57,366 nt of DNA from Clostridia bacterium (GCA_003566675.1 PXCI01000054.1:1-57366), one strand, 5' to 3'; counted from the stretch's first letter, positions 7,719-16,922 are shown. The notes: generated from the sequence alone by a model not told the origin. Translations and numbers: made by a program.

Positions 7719-9530
7719 CTATCTCTGGGGGACCTCGCCGGAATCCGCCTGCCGGGTGGATTCATCGCGAGTAACATCCAAATCCTTCAGACTTCCCACC
7801 ACTCTACCAGAAAACATGTTCAACACCTCTTGTACGACATGACCCGTATCTTCACCGTTACCCGGCCGACTCTGTTCCGTATCTTCAGGCTCCCCTGATC
7901 TATTACAAATCTCCTCGGCTTCGTCGTCACATGCTTCCATACTATTCGTTGTGTCTACATAATGGTTCGACTCTGACTCACCAGGGGAGAAACCGCCCAT
8001 CTCTGACTCCATCAGACAGCGGATCCTCAAGTCTTGGCCGGTGATTTCCTTAATCACCTGTTCGAGAACCTTGCGGCCCTGGTCTTGAGTGCGATCACGA
8101 TGAAACTGGAACTGATCCTGAAATACCAGCAGGAACGCTCCATCGACAATGCCTCCTGGCCTGACAGGCTGAAGCAGTGCGTGAGTGGGCAAACTTTCTT
8201 TTCGCACGGCCTCCTTCACCTTATGCCAGGTATCGTCCAGGTCAACAGACTGAGCAACATCAGTCCCCGGCTCCGGCCTTGATTTCTGCTCCTTCGGCCT
8301 CTCGACCTTCTTTGATCTGGCCGAATCCGCCGGGGGTTCCTTCTCTGCCTGCGGTCGTGCGGAAGGCTCAGGCGCCTCCCCTTCAGGGGCACTCACTGTT
8401 GCCAGACCCTCGGATTCAGCCGACCTAACCCCCGCCAACCTTATTGTGGCCATCTCCAGCAGAAAGCGAGGCTGGGTGGAGTACCGGCTCCGATCTTCTG
8501 TCTCAGCCAGCCGATCCACAATATCGAGGAGACGAGGCAAGCCGAACTTGCCGGCAACCGCCTCCATGTCCTGCAGATCACCCTCGGGCATGATCGGCTC
8601 ATACGCCCCATCACTTGCCCGATAAAGCAGCATGTCGCGAAAATACGCAAGCAGATCCCTGATAAACTGCGACACATCAGCACCAGCCATAGAAACCTCA
8701 TCGAGCATTTCCATGAGACCGGGCACATCGCCTGTGTTCATCCGGGACGCGTACTTCAGCAAAACCTCCCTGGAGACTGCACCCGTGACCCTGTGAACAT
8801 CTTCCTCCTCTATCTTACCCGAAGAATAGTCGCGACATTGCTCGAGAAGCCCCAGGGCATCGCGAACCGCCCCACCGGCCTGAAGGGCTATAACCCAGAT
8901 AGCGGACTCACTAACCTCGAGTCCATCCGACGCCGCGATCACCTGATGCAGGCGAGCGGTAATCTCTTTTGCGGTCAGATATCGGAAGTCAAAGCGCTGA
9001 CACCGTGACTGTACGGTGACGGGGATCTTATGAGCCTCGGTTGTGGCAAGGACGAAAATCACATGGCTGGGCGGTTCCTCCAGGGTCTTCAGCAGCGCAT
9101 TAAAGGCCTCTGGAGTCAACATGTGGGCCTCGTCTAGAATATATACGCGATAGCGCCCGGACGTACTGGCATAGGGTACGCGTTCCTGCAGTTCGCGGAT
9201 GTCATCAATGCCACGGTGCGATGCCGCATCCATCTCAACAACACTCATGGATGACCCGGAGTCGATCGAGCGGCACATATCACATTCGTTACAGGGTTCA
9301 GCTTCAGATGGAAGAACGTTCTCGCAGTTGACAACCTTGGCCAGAAGACGAGCTGCGGTAGTCTTGCCGGTACCCCGCGGTCCGGCAAATATGTAGGCAT
9401 GGGCCACTTGGTCTCTGTTCACCGCGTTCTTCAATGTGGTGACCACATGCTCCTGGCCGACCATGTCATCAAAACGACGGGGACGCCACTGACGATACAG
9501 CGAGGATCTCTGCACAGGATTCACCACCAA
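7719..9530 (-). CDS. dnaX: DNA polymerase III subunits gamma/tau
   Basis: 603 aa. Contains YRQWRPRRFDDMVGQEHV, Walker A GPRGTGKTT, a zinc module CNECDMC, and an SRC motif (VQSRCQRF). Confidence 0.95.
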   Translation of the reverse strand: MVVNPVQRSSLYRQWRPRRFDDMVGQEHVVTTLKNAVNRDQVAHAYIFAGPRGTGKTTAARLLAKVVNCENVLPSEAEPCNECDMCRSIDSGSSMSVVEMDAASHRGIDDIRELQERVPYASTSGRYRVYILDEAHMLTPEAFNALLKTLEEPPSHVIFVLATTEAHKIPVTVQSRCQRFDFRYLTAKEITARLHQVIAASDGLEVSESAIWVIALQAGGAVRDALGLLEQCRDYSSGKIEEEDVHRVTGAVSREVLLKYASRMNTGDVPGLMEMLDEVSMAGADVSQFIRDLLAYFRDMLLYRASDGAYEPIMPEGDLQDMEAVAGKFGLPRLLDIVDRLAETEDRSRYSTQPRFLLEMATIRLAGVRSAESEGLATVSAPEGEAPEPSARPQAEKEPPADSARSKKVERPKEQKSRPEPGTDVAQSVDLDDTWHKVKEAVRKESLPTHALLQPVRPGGIVDGAFLLVFQDQFQFHRDRTQDQGRKVLEQVIKEITGQDLRIRCLMESEMGGFSPGESESNHYVDTTNSMEACDDEAEEICNRSGEPEDTEQSRPGNGEDTGHVVQEVLNMFSGRVVGSLKDLDVTRDESTRQADSGEVPQR

Positions 9531-9619
9531 GATTCACATTGAAATCTCCGCGAATAGAGCAACAACGGATGGCCTCTGAAACGGACGATCTCCTCAGATG
9601 GATGGAACGTAAATATAAT

Positions 9620-9890
9620 GGCCGTGCACCTTCCGTCGACCCGCCGCGATGGGCGTTACCCGCGCAGTTAGCTCGGACTCGGTAACCCTGCGGCACATGG
9701 AAGTTCGTGCTTACCGCTGCTCCCTTCCGGGCCTGACGGAGTTCACACGTTTCCATTGCGCAGGACCCAGCCGTCAACACCACTTACACGGGGCAGACCC
9801 CACCGAGACTAAGCCTCGGGAAGGAATTCAACCCTGCTGTAGCGGATTGCAGGTACAGGGCACCGCTATCTCCCCGTCTAGCACGGCCAA
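9620..9890 (-). ncRNA. ffs: signal recognition particle RNA, large (Bacillus-type, with Alu domain)
   Basis: The reverse complement contains the domain IV core CCGTCAGGCCCGGAAGGGAGCAGCGG. It is collinear with B. subtilis scRNA as I recall it, from GGCCGTGCTAGACGGGGAG...GGTGCCCTGTACCTGCAATCCGC to ...GAAGGTGCACGGC. Ends are accurate to about +/-5 nt. Confidence 0.9.
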
Positions 9891-9897
9891 ATCTGTG

Positions 9898-9986
9898 CGG
9901 AGAGGGTGGGATTCGAACCCACGGGACGGTTACCCGCCCACACGCTCTCCAGGCGTGCTCCTTCAGCCGGACTCGGACACCTCTCC
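9898..9986 (-). tRNA. tRNA-Ser (anticodon GGA), CCA not encoded
   Basis: The reverse complement GGAGAGGTGTCCGAGTCCGGCTGAAGGAGCACGCCTGGAGAGCGTGTGGGCGGGTAACCGTCCCGTGGGTTCGAATCCCACCCTCTCCG has a long variable arm and anticodon loop CTGGAGA. Confidence 0.9.
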
Positions 9987-10024
9987 ATCGTTACATCCAA
10001 CAGTCTCACCGCTCAGTAGACATA

Positions 10025-10117
<93 letters not shown>

Positions 10118-10171
10118 GCATCATAAACTGAGCCGCGTCCCACCTTGCAGACATTATAACACTCGCAACCC

Positions 10172-10645
10172 TCAGCGACCAGTCCTCAATCGACGGAAGA
10201 ACTCCTGCAGGATTGAGGCACACTCATCTCCCCGCACTCCCTCGATCACCTCAACCTGATGGTTGAGCCGAACATCGGAAGTCACAGACATCAGACTCAC
10301 AATTGCCCCAGCCTTAGGATCCCGAACCCCGAAAATTATCCGCTGAACCCTCGCATTCACTGCTGCTCCCGCACACATGGGACAGGGCTCAACCGTCACA
10401 TAGAGATCGCATCCTTCGAGCCGCCAATCGCCCTGGGCCTCTCCCGCTGCTCGCAGGGCATAGATCTCCGCGTGTGCCGTGGGGTCTCCAGTCGTCTCTC
10501 GCAGATTGTGCCCACGGCCCAAAATCTCTCCTCCAGATGAAACCACGACCGCACCAATGGGTACCTCGTGTTTCTCCAAAGCACAGTTCGCCTCATCAAG
10601 GGCGGCCCCCATCAATGTGTTGTGTGTCCCCTGATCCTCATCCAT
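10172..10645 (-). CDS. tadA: tRNA-specific adenosine deaminase TadA
   Basis: Contains the deaminase zinc motifs HAEIYAL and PCPMCAGA. It sits upstream of SRP RNA and dnaX as in B. subtilis. The start is taken at MDEDQ...; the ORF extends to 10699. Confidence 0.9.
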   Translation of the reverse strand: MDEDQGTHNTLMGAALDEANCALEKHEVPIGAVVVSSGGEILGRGHNLRETTGDPTAHAEIYALRAAGEAQGDWRLEGCDLYVTVEPCPMCAGAAVNARVQRIIFGVRDPKAGAIVSLMSVTSDVRLNHQVEVIEGVRGDECASILQEFFRRLRTGR

Positions 10646-10684
10646 TTTATCCGGGCCTTTCCCCGTGAGATTGCGACAACAGCA

Positions 10685-10708
10685 AAGCCCGGATGACAAT
10701 CCGGGCTT
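10685..10708 (-). terminator. hairpin immediately 3' of tRNA-Arg
   Basis: AAGCCCGG (10685-10692) pairs with CCGGGCTT (10701-10708): an 8-bp stem with an 8-nt loop, followed on the minus strand by TGCTGTTGT. Confidence 0.4.
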
Positions 10709-10709
10709 G

Positions 10710-10783
10710 TGCGCCAGGGAGGACTCGAACCCCCGGCACAGGGATTAGGAATCCCTTGCTCTATCCGCCTGAGCTACTGGCGC
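10710..10783 (-). tRNA. tRNA-Arg (anticodon CCT), CCA not encoded
   Basis: The reverse complement GCGCCAGTAGCTCAGGCGGATAGAGCAAGGGATTCCTAATCCCTGTGCCGGGGGTTCGAGTCCTCCCTGGCGCA has anticodon loop TTCCTAA. Confidence 0.9.
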
Positions 10784-10792
10784 ATCATCGCA

Positions 10793-10821
10793 ATGATACC
10801 AAATCAAAACTACGAGAGCAA
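10793..10821 (-). promoter_or_regulatory. sigma-A promoter of tRNA-Arg
   Basis: Minus strand: TTGCTC (10821-10816), 17-nt spacer, TATCAT (10798-10793). The -10 ends about 9 nt before the tRNA 5' end. Confidence 0.55.
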
Positions 10822-11032
10822 CCACATCCCTGCAGCTGCGGTCCGGACACCCGATGATTCCAGACGCACGCCGCGGTTGCCGGAGGGCCCACGATGCAGT
10901 AACCCTGTCTTTGTGACAGGTGAGCTGTCAGTCTACTGCCAGAGATGTACATGACATGGCAAGGGAAACTCGTGCGACGGTAGCGCAAGTCAATACATAG
11001 TCTGACATCCCCACTAAGATTAATGCAGACAA

Positions 11033-11061
11033 TTGACGATATTGAAAGAGGAACCTATATA
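11033..11061 (+). promoter_or_regulatory. sigma-A promoter upstream of the FliL-like gene
   Basis: TTGACG (11033-11038), 17-nt spacer, TATATA (11056-11061). Confidence 0.5.
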
Positions 11062-11160
11062 CAAGGGTCCCGTATGCAGATATAGATACAGACACATGAG
11101 ATAGCATTGCGCACCATCCACCCCTTTGAAAGGGGCTGCTCATCCTATGGAACGTTTCTC

Positions 11161-11616
11161 ATGGAAGCGTTGCGCAACATGAACAAGTACCTGCGATTGA
11201 CATTTCTTGCAGCATCGCTATTGGTGGTGCTCCTTGCGTTGCTGTGGTACTTCGGGCTTGCCTTCGCGCAGGCCCCCAGCGAAGATAACGAAGTCCCTGA
11301 GCCGCCCCCGGGACCCATCTATCACGTGGGCGAAATTGTCACGGACCTGGCACCGTCATCTAATGGCATGACCCATTTCATTCAGATCGATATGAAGTTG
11401 ACATGCAGTGACAAGCCTACCCACGCGAACTTATTAGACAATCCAGGCAGGGTGAAGACCGAGATTCTGGCAGCCATTCGGTCTATGACCGCAGAGGCAG
11501 TGATGGGCGACGCTGGAATGGAACACCTCAGGAGCACCATCATCCATAGATTGGGGGCCCTACTCCACCCGGGTGAGATTAGCGACCTATACTTCATCGA
11601 GTTTCTGGTCCAGTGA
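11161..11616 (+). CDS. FliL-family (flagellar basal-body-associated) protein, solitary copy
   Basis: Single N-terminal TM helix (LTFLAASLLVVLLALLWYF). The C-terminus ...GMEHLRSTIIHRLGALLHPGEISDLYFIEFLVQ is typical of FliL. The start is either 11161 or 11179. Confidence 0.7.
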   Translation: MEALRNMNKYLRLTFLAASLLVVLLALLWYFGLAFAQAPSEDNEVPEPPPGPIYHVGEIVTDLAPSSNGMTHFIQIDMKLTCSDKPTHANLLDNPGRVKTEILAAIRSMTAEAVMGDAGMEHLRSTIIHRLGALLHPGEISDLYFIEFLVQ

Positions 11617-11633
11617 AGCTCGAACTCCCGTGT

Positions 11634-12617
11634 TCAGCTGTCCGGTTCGCCTTTACTGAGAGCCATCACACTGAGAATCTCGAAGATGATGCATGCCGCT
11701 GCGAGAGAAGTAACCTGGGATGGATCGTACGCAGGCAGGACCTCAACTAGGTCAACACCCCTTACATGGGTCAGATCCAATCTCCTGATGTAAGAAAGGG
11801 CTTGGGCAGAACTTGGTCCTCCCACTTCAGGTGTGCCGGTGCCCGGCGCGTGAGCCGGATCCAAAAAATCAATGTCGAAAGTCAGATATACAGGTCTATC
11901 TCCTACAACCTCACAGATCAACCGACAGACTCCCTCTGGATCCATCGAAAGAAGGCGGTCCGCCTCTACGATGGTAAAGCCGAGTTTGCGGGCATTTGCG
12001 AGATCCTCTGGACCCGGTATCGACCCCCTGATCCCCAGCTGAATCGAGTTTTTGGGCAGGATAAGATTCTCCTCGGTAGCGCGCCTGAAGGGCGTGGCAT
12101 GGTTATATCGATCACCATACACTGAATTCCAGGTATCGGAATGGGAATCAAAATGGATGACTGCAAGGGGGCCGTGTCTTTTCGCAAGTGACCTCAAGAT
12201 CGGCAGGCTAATTGAATGGTCTCCGCCAAGGCATACGGGGACGATATTGGCGTCGACCACTGAGTCCACTGTCTCCTCGATTAACTGCATACTCTCAACG
12301 GCGTTCCCCGGTACGAGGGGAGTATCTCCAATATCCACCCCGCAAAGATGTTCCATCGGGGAGACTCCGAGGGCGGGGTTGTACCCGCGAAGGACAGCCG
12401 ACATCTCGCGAATGGCCGACGGCGCAAAGCGAGTCCCAATTCGATAAGTCACACCGGTATCGAAGGGTACACCTACAACAGCAAAATCGCACCCGCACAA
12501 CTCATCTAGCCCATCAACATGAGGCAACCTCATGAAGGTCTTGATCCCTCCAAAGGCCGGTACAACACCCCGACGACGATGAGCAGGCTCATGTAGATCT
12601 TCAGTCATAGCTGTCAT
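11634..12617 (-). CDS. agmatinase/ureohydrolase (arginase family; agmatinase or guanidino-acid hydrolase)
   Basis: 327 aa with the Mn-binding motifs GGDHSISLPI, HFDSHSDTW and DIDFLDPAHAPGTGTPEVGG. Confidence 0.9.
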   Translation of the reverse strand: MTAMTEDLHEPAHRRRGVVPAFGGIKTFMRLPHVDGLDELCGCDFAVVGVPFDTGVTYRIGTRFAPSAIREMSAVLRGYNPALGVSPMEHLCGVDIGDTPLVPGNAVESMQLIEETVDSVVDANIVPVCLGGDHSISLPILRSLAKRHGPLAVIHFDSHSDTWNSVYGDRYNHATPFRRATEENLILPKNSIQLGIRGSIPGPEDLANARKLGFTIVEADRLLSMDPEGVCRLICEVVGDRPVYLTFDIDFLDPAHAPGTGTPEVGGPSSAQALSYIRRLDLTHVRGVDLVEVLPAYDPSQVTSLAAACIIFEILSVMALSKGEPDS

Positions 12618-12943
12618 CTCCAGATCCAGGACTTCAGTATTTGTCCGGTGATTCCTTCGTCATTCGAGGCCCCGACTCCTTTCCCAGGCAGCGAACCCCT
12701 GTAATCAGCAACGAATACCATGTTACCGAGTATACACACAGGAGGTGACGTATCATCGTGCAAGAACCGATGGACCACAGTAAATCACCGGCGTGTGAAG
12801 ACACCGAGGTCAAGGGCAACTGCGCAGAGCCCAGTGAGAGTACCTAAGTCAAGTGCAGCTGCGAAGAGGTCAGCGAAGACACCGAGTCCGAGGGCCGATC
12901 TACGGAGGTCAATGAAGAATGCTCCTGCTCCACCACCAATGAC

Positions 12944-13918
12944 ATGTGCAACAACGATTGTGATGTGGATGCCGATTCTAATGAGGGCGACGACTGTCCA
13001 GCTCCAGAAGCGACCGCAGTCGAAGAAACCAGCCACCCTGACTGCCCACCCAATTCTGAACCATACACCATAACCTCTGGCGACACCTACTCCCAGCTCG
13101 CTCAACGCTTCAACACAACCGTCGCAGCAATTGTATCCGCCAATCCTTTTGTGGATCCTGATGACCTCCGCGTGGGACAGGTCGTATGCATTCCAAGGCA
13201 GCCCTTTTACTCCTCGTGCCCAGAAGGCAACTACTACACCATCGAACGTGGCGACACATTTTTCGTCCTCGCGCGACGTTTTGACACAACAGTGGAAGCC
13301 ATAAAGCAGGCCAATCCCGATGTTGACCCGGAGGCGCTTCTGATTGGGATGACCCTTTGCATGCCGGAGAGCGTCGCACTGCCCCCCCACCGATGCCCAA
13401 CAGGAACCACCATATACACCATCGAGCGGGGTGACACCTTCTTTCACCTTGCTCAGCGCTACAACATCACCGTCGATGCCTTACTCAGGGCCAACCCAGG
13501 AATCGACCCCGACCGCCTGCGCATTGGCCAGGTCATCTGCATCCCTGAAGATAACGTGCACCCTGTCTGCCCCGAAGGCACCTACGAATACACCATTGAA
13601 CGAGCAGACACCCTCTTTGACCTCGCCCAGTACTACAACATCACCGTCGATGCCATACTCAGAGCCAACCCCGGGATTGACCCCGACCGCCTGCGCATTG
13701 GCCAGGTCATATGCATCCCCCGCGGAACCGAGGCACGACACGAAGTAGAATGCCCGGCATGGACGACGCCCTATGAAGTGAGGGCCGGCGAGACGCTGTT
13801 TCGGATCGCAAATCGTAACCGCCTGACGCTTGAGGATCTTCTGGAGGCAAACCCGCACTTGACAGACCCCGATCTACTTGATGTAGGCCAGATCATCTGC
13901 CTGCCGGACGACGGATAG
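12944..13918 (+). CDS. LysM-repeat protein (5 LysM domains, Cys-rich acidic N-terminus, no signal peptide); the 5' end may extend to GTG 12757 through a frameshift
   Basis: Five repeats of Y-T-I-x-x-G-D-T...ANP-x-(I/V)DPD-x-L-x-(I/V)G-Q-x-(I/V)-C-I-P. ATG 12944 has no SD. See the finding on the upstream frame. Confidence 0.85.
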   Translation: MCNNDCDVDADSNEGDDCPAPEATAVEETSHPDCPPNSEPYTITSGDTYSQLAQRFNTTVAAIVSANPFVDPDDLRVGQVVCIPRQPFYSSCPEGNYYTIERGDTFFVLARRFDTTVEAIKQANPDVDPEALLIGMTLCMPESVALPPHRCPTGTTIYTIERGDTFFHLAQRYNITVDALLRANPGIDPDRLRIGQVICIPEDNVHPVCPEGTYEYTIERADTLFDLAQYYNITVDAILRANPGIDPDRLRIGQVICIPRGTEARHEVECPAWTTPYEVRAGETLFRIANRNRLTLEDLLEANPHLTDPDLLDVGQIICLPDDG

Positions 13919-14064
13919 CAGGGCCGAGTTCCTGATCAACAGGCACCAGAGTCCCATAAAGAGACCAGAGTGCCTATCCCAGGTCATGGAGAGCCACGGA
14001 CCCATCGGCAAGAATTGCGCTGTAGAAGAATACCGTCTTTGGGCGGGGGTCAGGCAGCCTACTC

Positions 14065-15456
14065 TCAGATCAAGCCGACCACCCACATTACGCAGGTCGC
14101 CAGAAAGGCTGCCACCCCCCCCACCAGGGTGGCCCCCCCGTAGGCAATCACTGCGCGATCGACCTCCATCTTGGAAAGAGACGTACAGACCCAGAAGTAG
14201 CTGCTGTTCACATACTTGATCACGATGGACCCCGTGGCGGCAGCAATGACGGCCGCCTCTGGTGACAGGCCCAGAGGTAGGAGCATGGGTCTCATCAAAG
14301 CCGCAGAAGTGATCACGCCAACAGTAGACGAACCCGTAATCATATTCACGATGACACCAATCAGAAAGGGCAGGACAATGGTGGGAACTCCCGCATCAAG
14401 AACGATCTCGGCAACGTAGTCTACCGCTGGGGTACCCTTCAGAATGTGACTCAGGGATCCACCAAGTCCGGTAACGGCAAAGATGATCGCGGATGTGCCC
14501 AGGGCCTTTTCCACCCACGTAGAGACGGCTTCACCCTTCTGCTTCCCCCGAGCCCCTCTGGCCGCGAGCCAGAATCCCAGGCTCAGCGCGACGACAGGCC
14601 AACCCACGAAGGTGAGTACGGCAGTGATCACATTGCCCGCAGGCCAGATCAGGTTCGCCACACTCTGTCCGGCAATAAGTAGAATCGGCACAATGATGGG
14701 CGAATAGGCAGCAAGGGTTGACGGCAATTCTTCTTCCCTTCCCTGTTCCACAAAGGAGTGCCCGACGAACTCGCGGGATGGAGGTGCATCGAGCCGAGAA
14801 CCAACCCACACCGCCCACAACCAGCAGGCGATTGCCCCAACGAGGCTGGCGATCCCGCCGTACAGAATCACCATACCGATGTCGGCTCCGAGCAGTGCAG
14901 CCGCAGCCAGCGGACCTGGGGTGGGCGGGACCACTGCATGGGTCAACTGCATCGCACCCACCAGACCGGTAGCCATCAGCCCCATGGAGGCTCCGAATTC
15001 CAGGGCTGCGGAATGCACCAGGGGGTTGACGATCACGTAAGCCACGTCGCCAAAAATTGCGATGCCAAGGACAAAGCCGGTGAGAGTCAGGGCAAAGGGC
15101 ATTCTTCTGCGTCCGATGAGGCCTATCATACTCATTGTAATCCGCTCAACAGCTCCGGTATGTTTCATGGCCTCGGCCATCACCGATCCAAGAACAATGA
15201 CCACGCCTATGCTGCCGAGGGTGCTCCCGAACCCAGCATGAAAAGCTTCTATGAATGCTTCCTGGTTGACGCCTGGTATGAGGGCAAAGAGCAGAATTGG
15301 AACGAGCAAGGCAAGAAATACGTGCCATTTAAACTTGCTTATCAGAATCAGCAACAAGACCATAACTCCCAGGAACCCGAGGAGCGTGGCAATCGGACTC
15401 ACTGCTACAGGCACACGTGCACCCCCTCCACACAAAGCGCAGTCCGGCTGCAACAC
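14065..15456 (-). CDS. GntP-family permease (gluconate/organic acid:H+ symporter)
   Basis: 463 aa, polytopic. The N-terminus ...LLLILISKFKWHVFLALLVPILLFAL and overall layout are typical of GntP. The GTG start directly abuts the upstream stop (TGAGTG). Confidence 0.8.
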   Translation of the reverse strand: MLQPDCALCGGGARVPVAVSPIATLLGFLGVMVLLLILISKFKWHVFLALLVPILLFALIPGVNQEAFIEAFHAGFGSTLGSIGVVIVLGSVMAEAMKHTGAVERITMSMIGLIGRRRMPFALTLTGFVLGIAIFGDVAYVIVNPLVHSAALEFGASMGLMATGLVGAMQLTHAVVPPTPGPLAAAALLGADIGMVILYGGIASLVGAIACWLWAVWVGSRLDAPPSREFVGHSFVEQGREEELPSTLAAYSPIIVPILLIAGQSVANLIWPAGNVITAVLTFVGWPVVALSLGFWLAARGARGKQKGEAVSTWVEKALGTSAIIFAVTGLGGSLSHILKGTPAVDYVAEIVLDAGVPTIVLPFLIGVIVNMITGSSTVGVITSAALMRPMLLPLGLSPEAAVIAAATGSIVIKYVNSSYFWVCTSLSKMEVDRAVIAYGGATLVGGVAAFLATCVMWVVGLI

Positions 15457-15921
15457 TCACCGGCGAGCAGGAACCAGTACCAACCATAGACCCAGGCCCA
15501 TTAACACTACCGGCCAGTAACCCCAGACCGTGTTCAGTACCGGATGATCCGAGCGCAGCAAAAACAGAAGGCCGAAAACGCCCAGAAGACCGAACGTCGG
15601 ATACAGGGCCCAACGGCTGTTCTTACCTATGATCGTCTCCACCAGGTAGACAATGGAAAATGCCAGGCCAAGAAGCAGGAATAACAGTGGTCCCCTCATC
15701 CAGGGGGCATAGTAGGCCGAGGTACCAGTGAAGATTCCCACTGCAGATAGACAGGTGCCAACGACGAGTAGCCCTGTGCGGTACCCGTACATTGCGTAGC
15801 ACACGATCAGCCCGGCCCCGACCAATATGAGGAACCGGTCCCCGGTAATGATCCCCGCCATGCTTGCAAAGATGACGAGACCGGAGACGATGAGCACCGT
15901 CCCCACAATTCGCGCATTCAT
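15457..15921 (-). CDS. polytopic membrane protein, paralog 1 (unknown family)
   Basis: The motifs RTGLLVVGTC, LGLAFSIVY and RWALYP are shared with the ORF at 16129-16662. The start is at ATG 15921, with SD AGGAGAGG 8 nt upstream. Confidence 0.6.
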   Translation of the reverse strand: MNARIVGTVLIVSGLVIFASMAGIITGDRFLILVGAGLIVCYAMYGYRTGLLVVGTCLSAVGIFTGTSAYYAPWMRGPLLFLLLGLAFSIVYLVETIIGKNSRWALYPTFGLLGVFGLLFLLRSDHPVLNTVWGYWPVVLMGLGLWLVLVPARR

Positions 15922-16128
15922 TGTTTCATCCTCTCCTATTGCGCACACGATAGGATCATCAACCATGATATACGATATTGCCGCATCAAGTACATCATTA
16001 GCATGCCGCCTCACGTCAATGCTGCAGGAGCCCTAGTGGATCTGGGCGATTGAGATATCGCTACGATGTGTCCTTCGGTGATGGGGACGATTGGACGATC
16101 CAGGACTGCAGATGTACCCGTGGCCCCT

Positions 16129-16662
16129 CTATCCCCTGCGGCCACTGTACAAGACTAGCAACCCGGCAATGATGAGAAGGAGCGGCCAGAACTGCCAGTA
16201 GGCTATGGAAAAGCTGAGATAGCCTGACTCCTGTACGTACACGAAAGCAGAAAAGGCCCCGATGATCAAACCTGGATAGAGAGCCCATCGACCCCGTCGG
16301 GCCACGGCATACTCAACCCCGAATACGATGAGGAAGGCTAACCCCATAAACAAAAAGAAAAGATAGCCCCTCTCCGGCTCAGGGCTTCGTTCCGTAACCG
16401 CGATGAAAGCAGCCAGGGCCCCCGTGCAGCTGCCAGCTACCAGTAATCCGGTTCGAAATCCGGAAATAACATACCCAGATATCAACCCGACAGTAATAAC
16501 CAGAAAAAACAGATCACCTGACATGATCCCCAGCTGGCCGAAAAAAATAATGAGCCCTCCGACCAGCAAAATGATCCCCAGAGCGCGCCTGTCCACAGAT
16601 CTCCACCCCTCTTCCTTAACGTCTATCTTATCCGAAATCCGGAGCCAAGGCAGCTCCCTCAT
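16129..16662 (-). CDS. polytopic membrane protein, paralog 2 (unknown family)
   Basis: 177 aa. The motifs RTGLLVAGSC, MGLAFLIVF and RWALYP match paralog 1. The C-terminus WQFWPLLLIIAGLLVL resembles LiaI/LiaF-type TM segments. Confidence 0.6.
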   Translation of the reverse strand: MRELPWLRISDKIDVKEEGWRSVDRRALGIILLVGGLIIFFGQLGIMSGDLFFLVITVGLISGYVISGFRTGLLVAGSCTGALAAFIAVTERSPEPERGYLFFLFMGLAFLIVFGVEYAVARRGRWALYPGLIIGAFSAFVYVQESGYLSFSIAYWQFWPLLLIIAGLLVLYSGRRG

Positions 16663-16922
16663 TCCGCTCTTCCCTGTCCTGCACTGCCGATGCCTGATAA
16701 CGATATCACCTCTATCCCGAACACAGAGGACGTGGACGTTAGGGCGGATGCCCGGGCGAATCTGTTAACTACTGCTCCCCGATCAAAGATAATCTCAGTG
16801 GCATACGGAAAGAACACCGGTGGGAAGGAAGAAGAGATGGCGGCCAGAACGCGCGTCACCTCTCCACCCTCCATCGCCACAATCTTCTTCCTCACCCTCT
16901 CCAAGGTAGAATCAAGACGCAA
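16659..16922 (-). CDS. hypothetical small protein
   Basis: 87-aa ORF (TTG start; internal GTG/ATG starts are possible). Its stop overlaps the start of the downstream membrane gene in an ATGA arrangement. No recognisable motif. Confidence 0.35.
   Translation of the reverse strand: MRLDSTLERVRKKIVAMEGGEVTRVLAAISSSFPPVFFPYATEIIFDRGAVVNRFARASALTSTSSVFGIEVISLSGIGSAGQGRAE

Noticed and set aside
7700-7777. N-terminal extension of the ybaB ORF (135-aa version)
   Set aside because: It would overlap the 3' end of dnaX by 59 nt. The SD GGAGA is placed for the GTG at 7699. YbaB homologs start at the G-N-M-G-K-M-M region.
7719-9530. Programmed frameshift/slippery site for the gamma subunit in dnaX
   Set aside because: I found no A AAA AAG-type heptamer or long A-run on the coding strand, so there is no evidence for recoding here.
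12785-13447. 220-aa minus-strand ORF
   Set aside because: It is antisense to the LysM-repeat gene, whose repeats give a clear coding signal on the plus strand.
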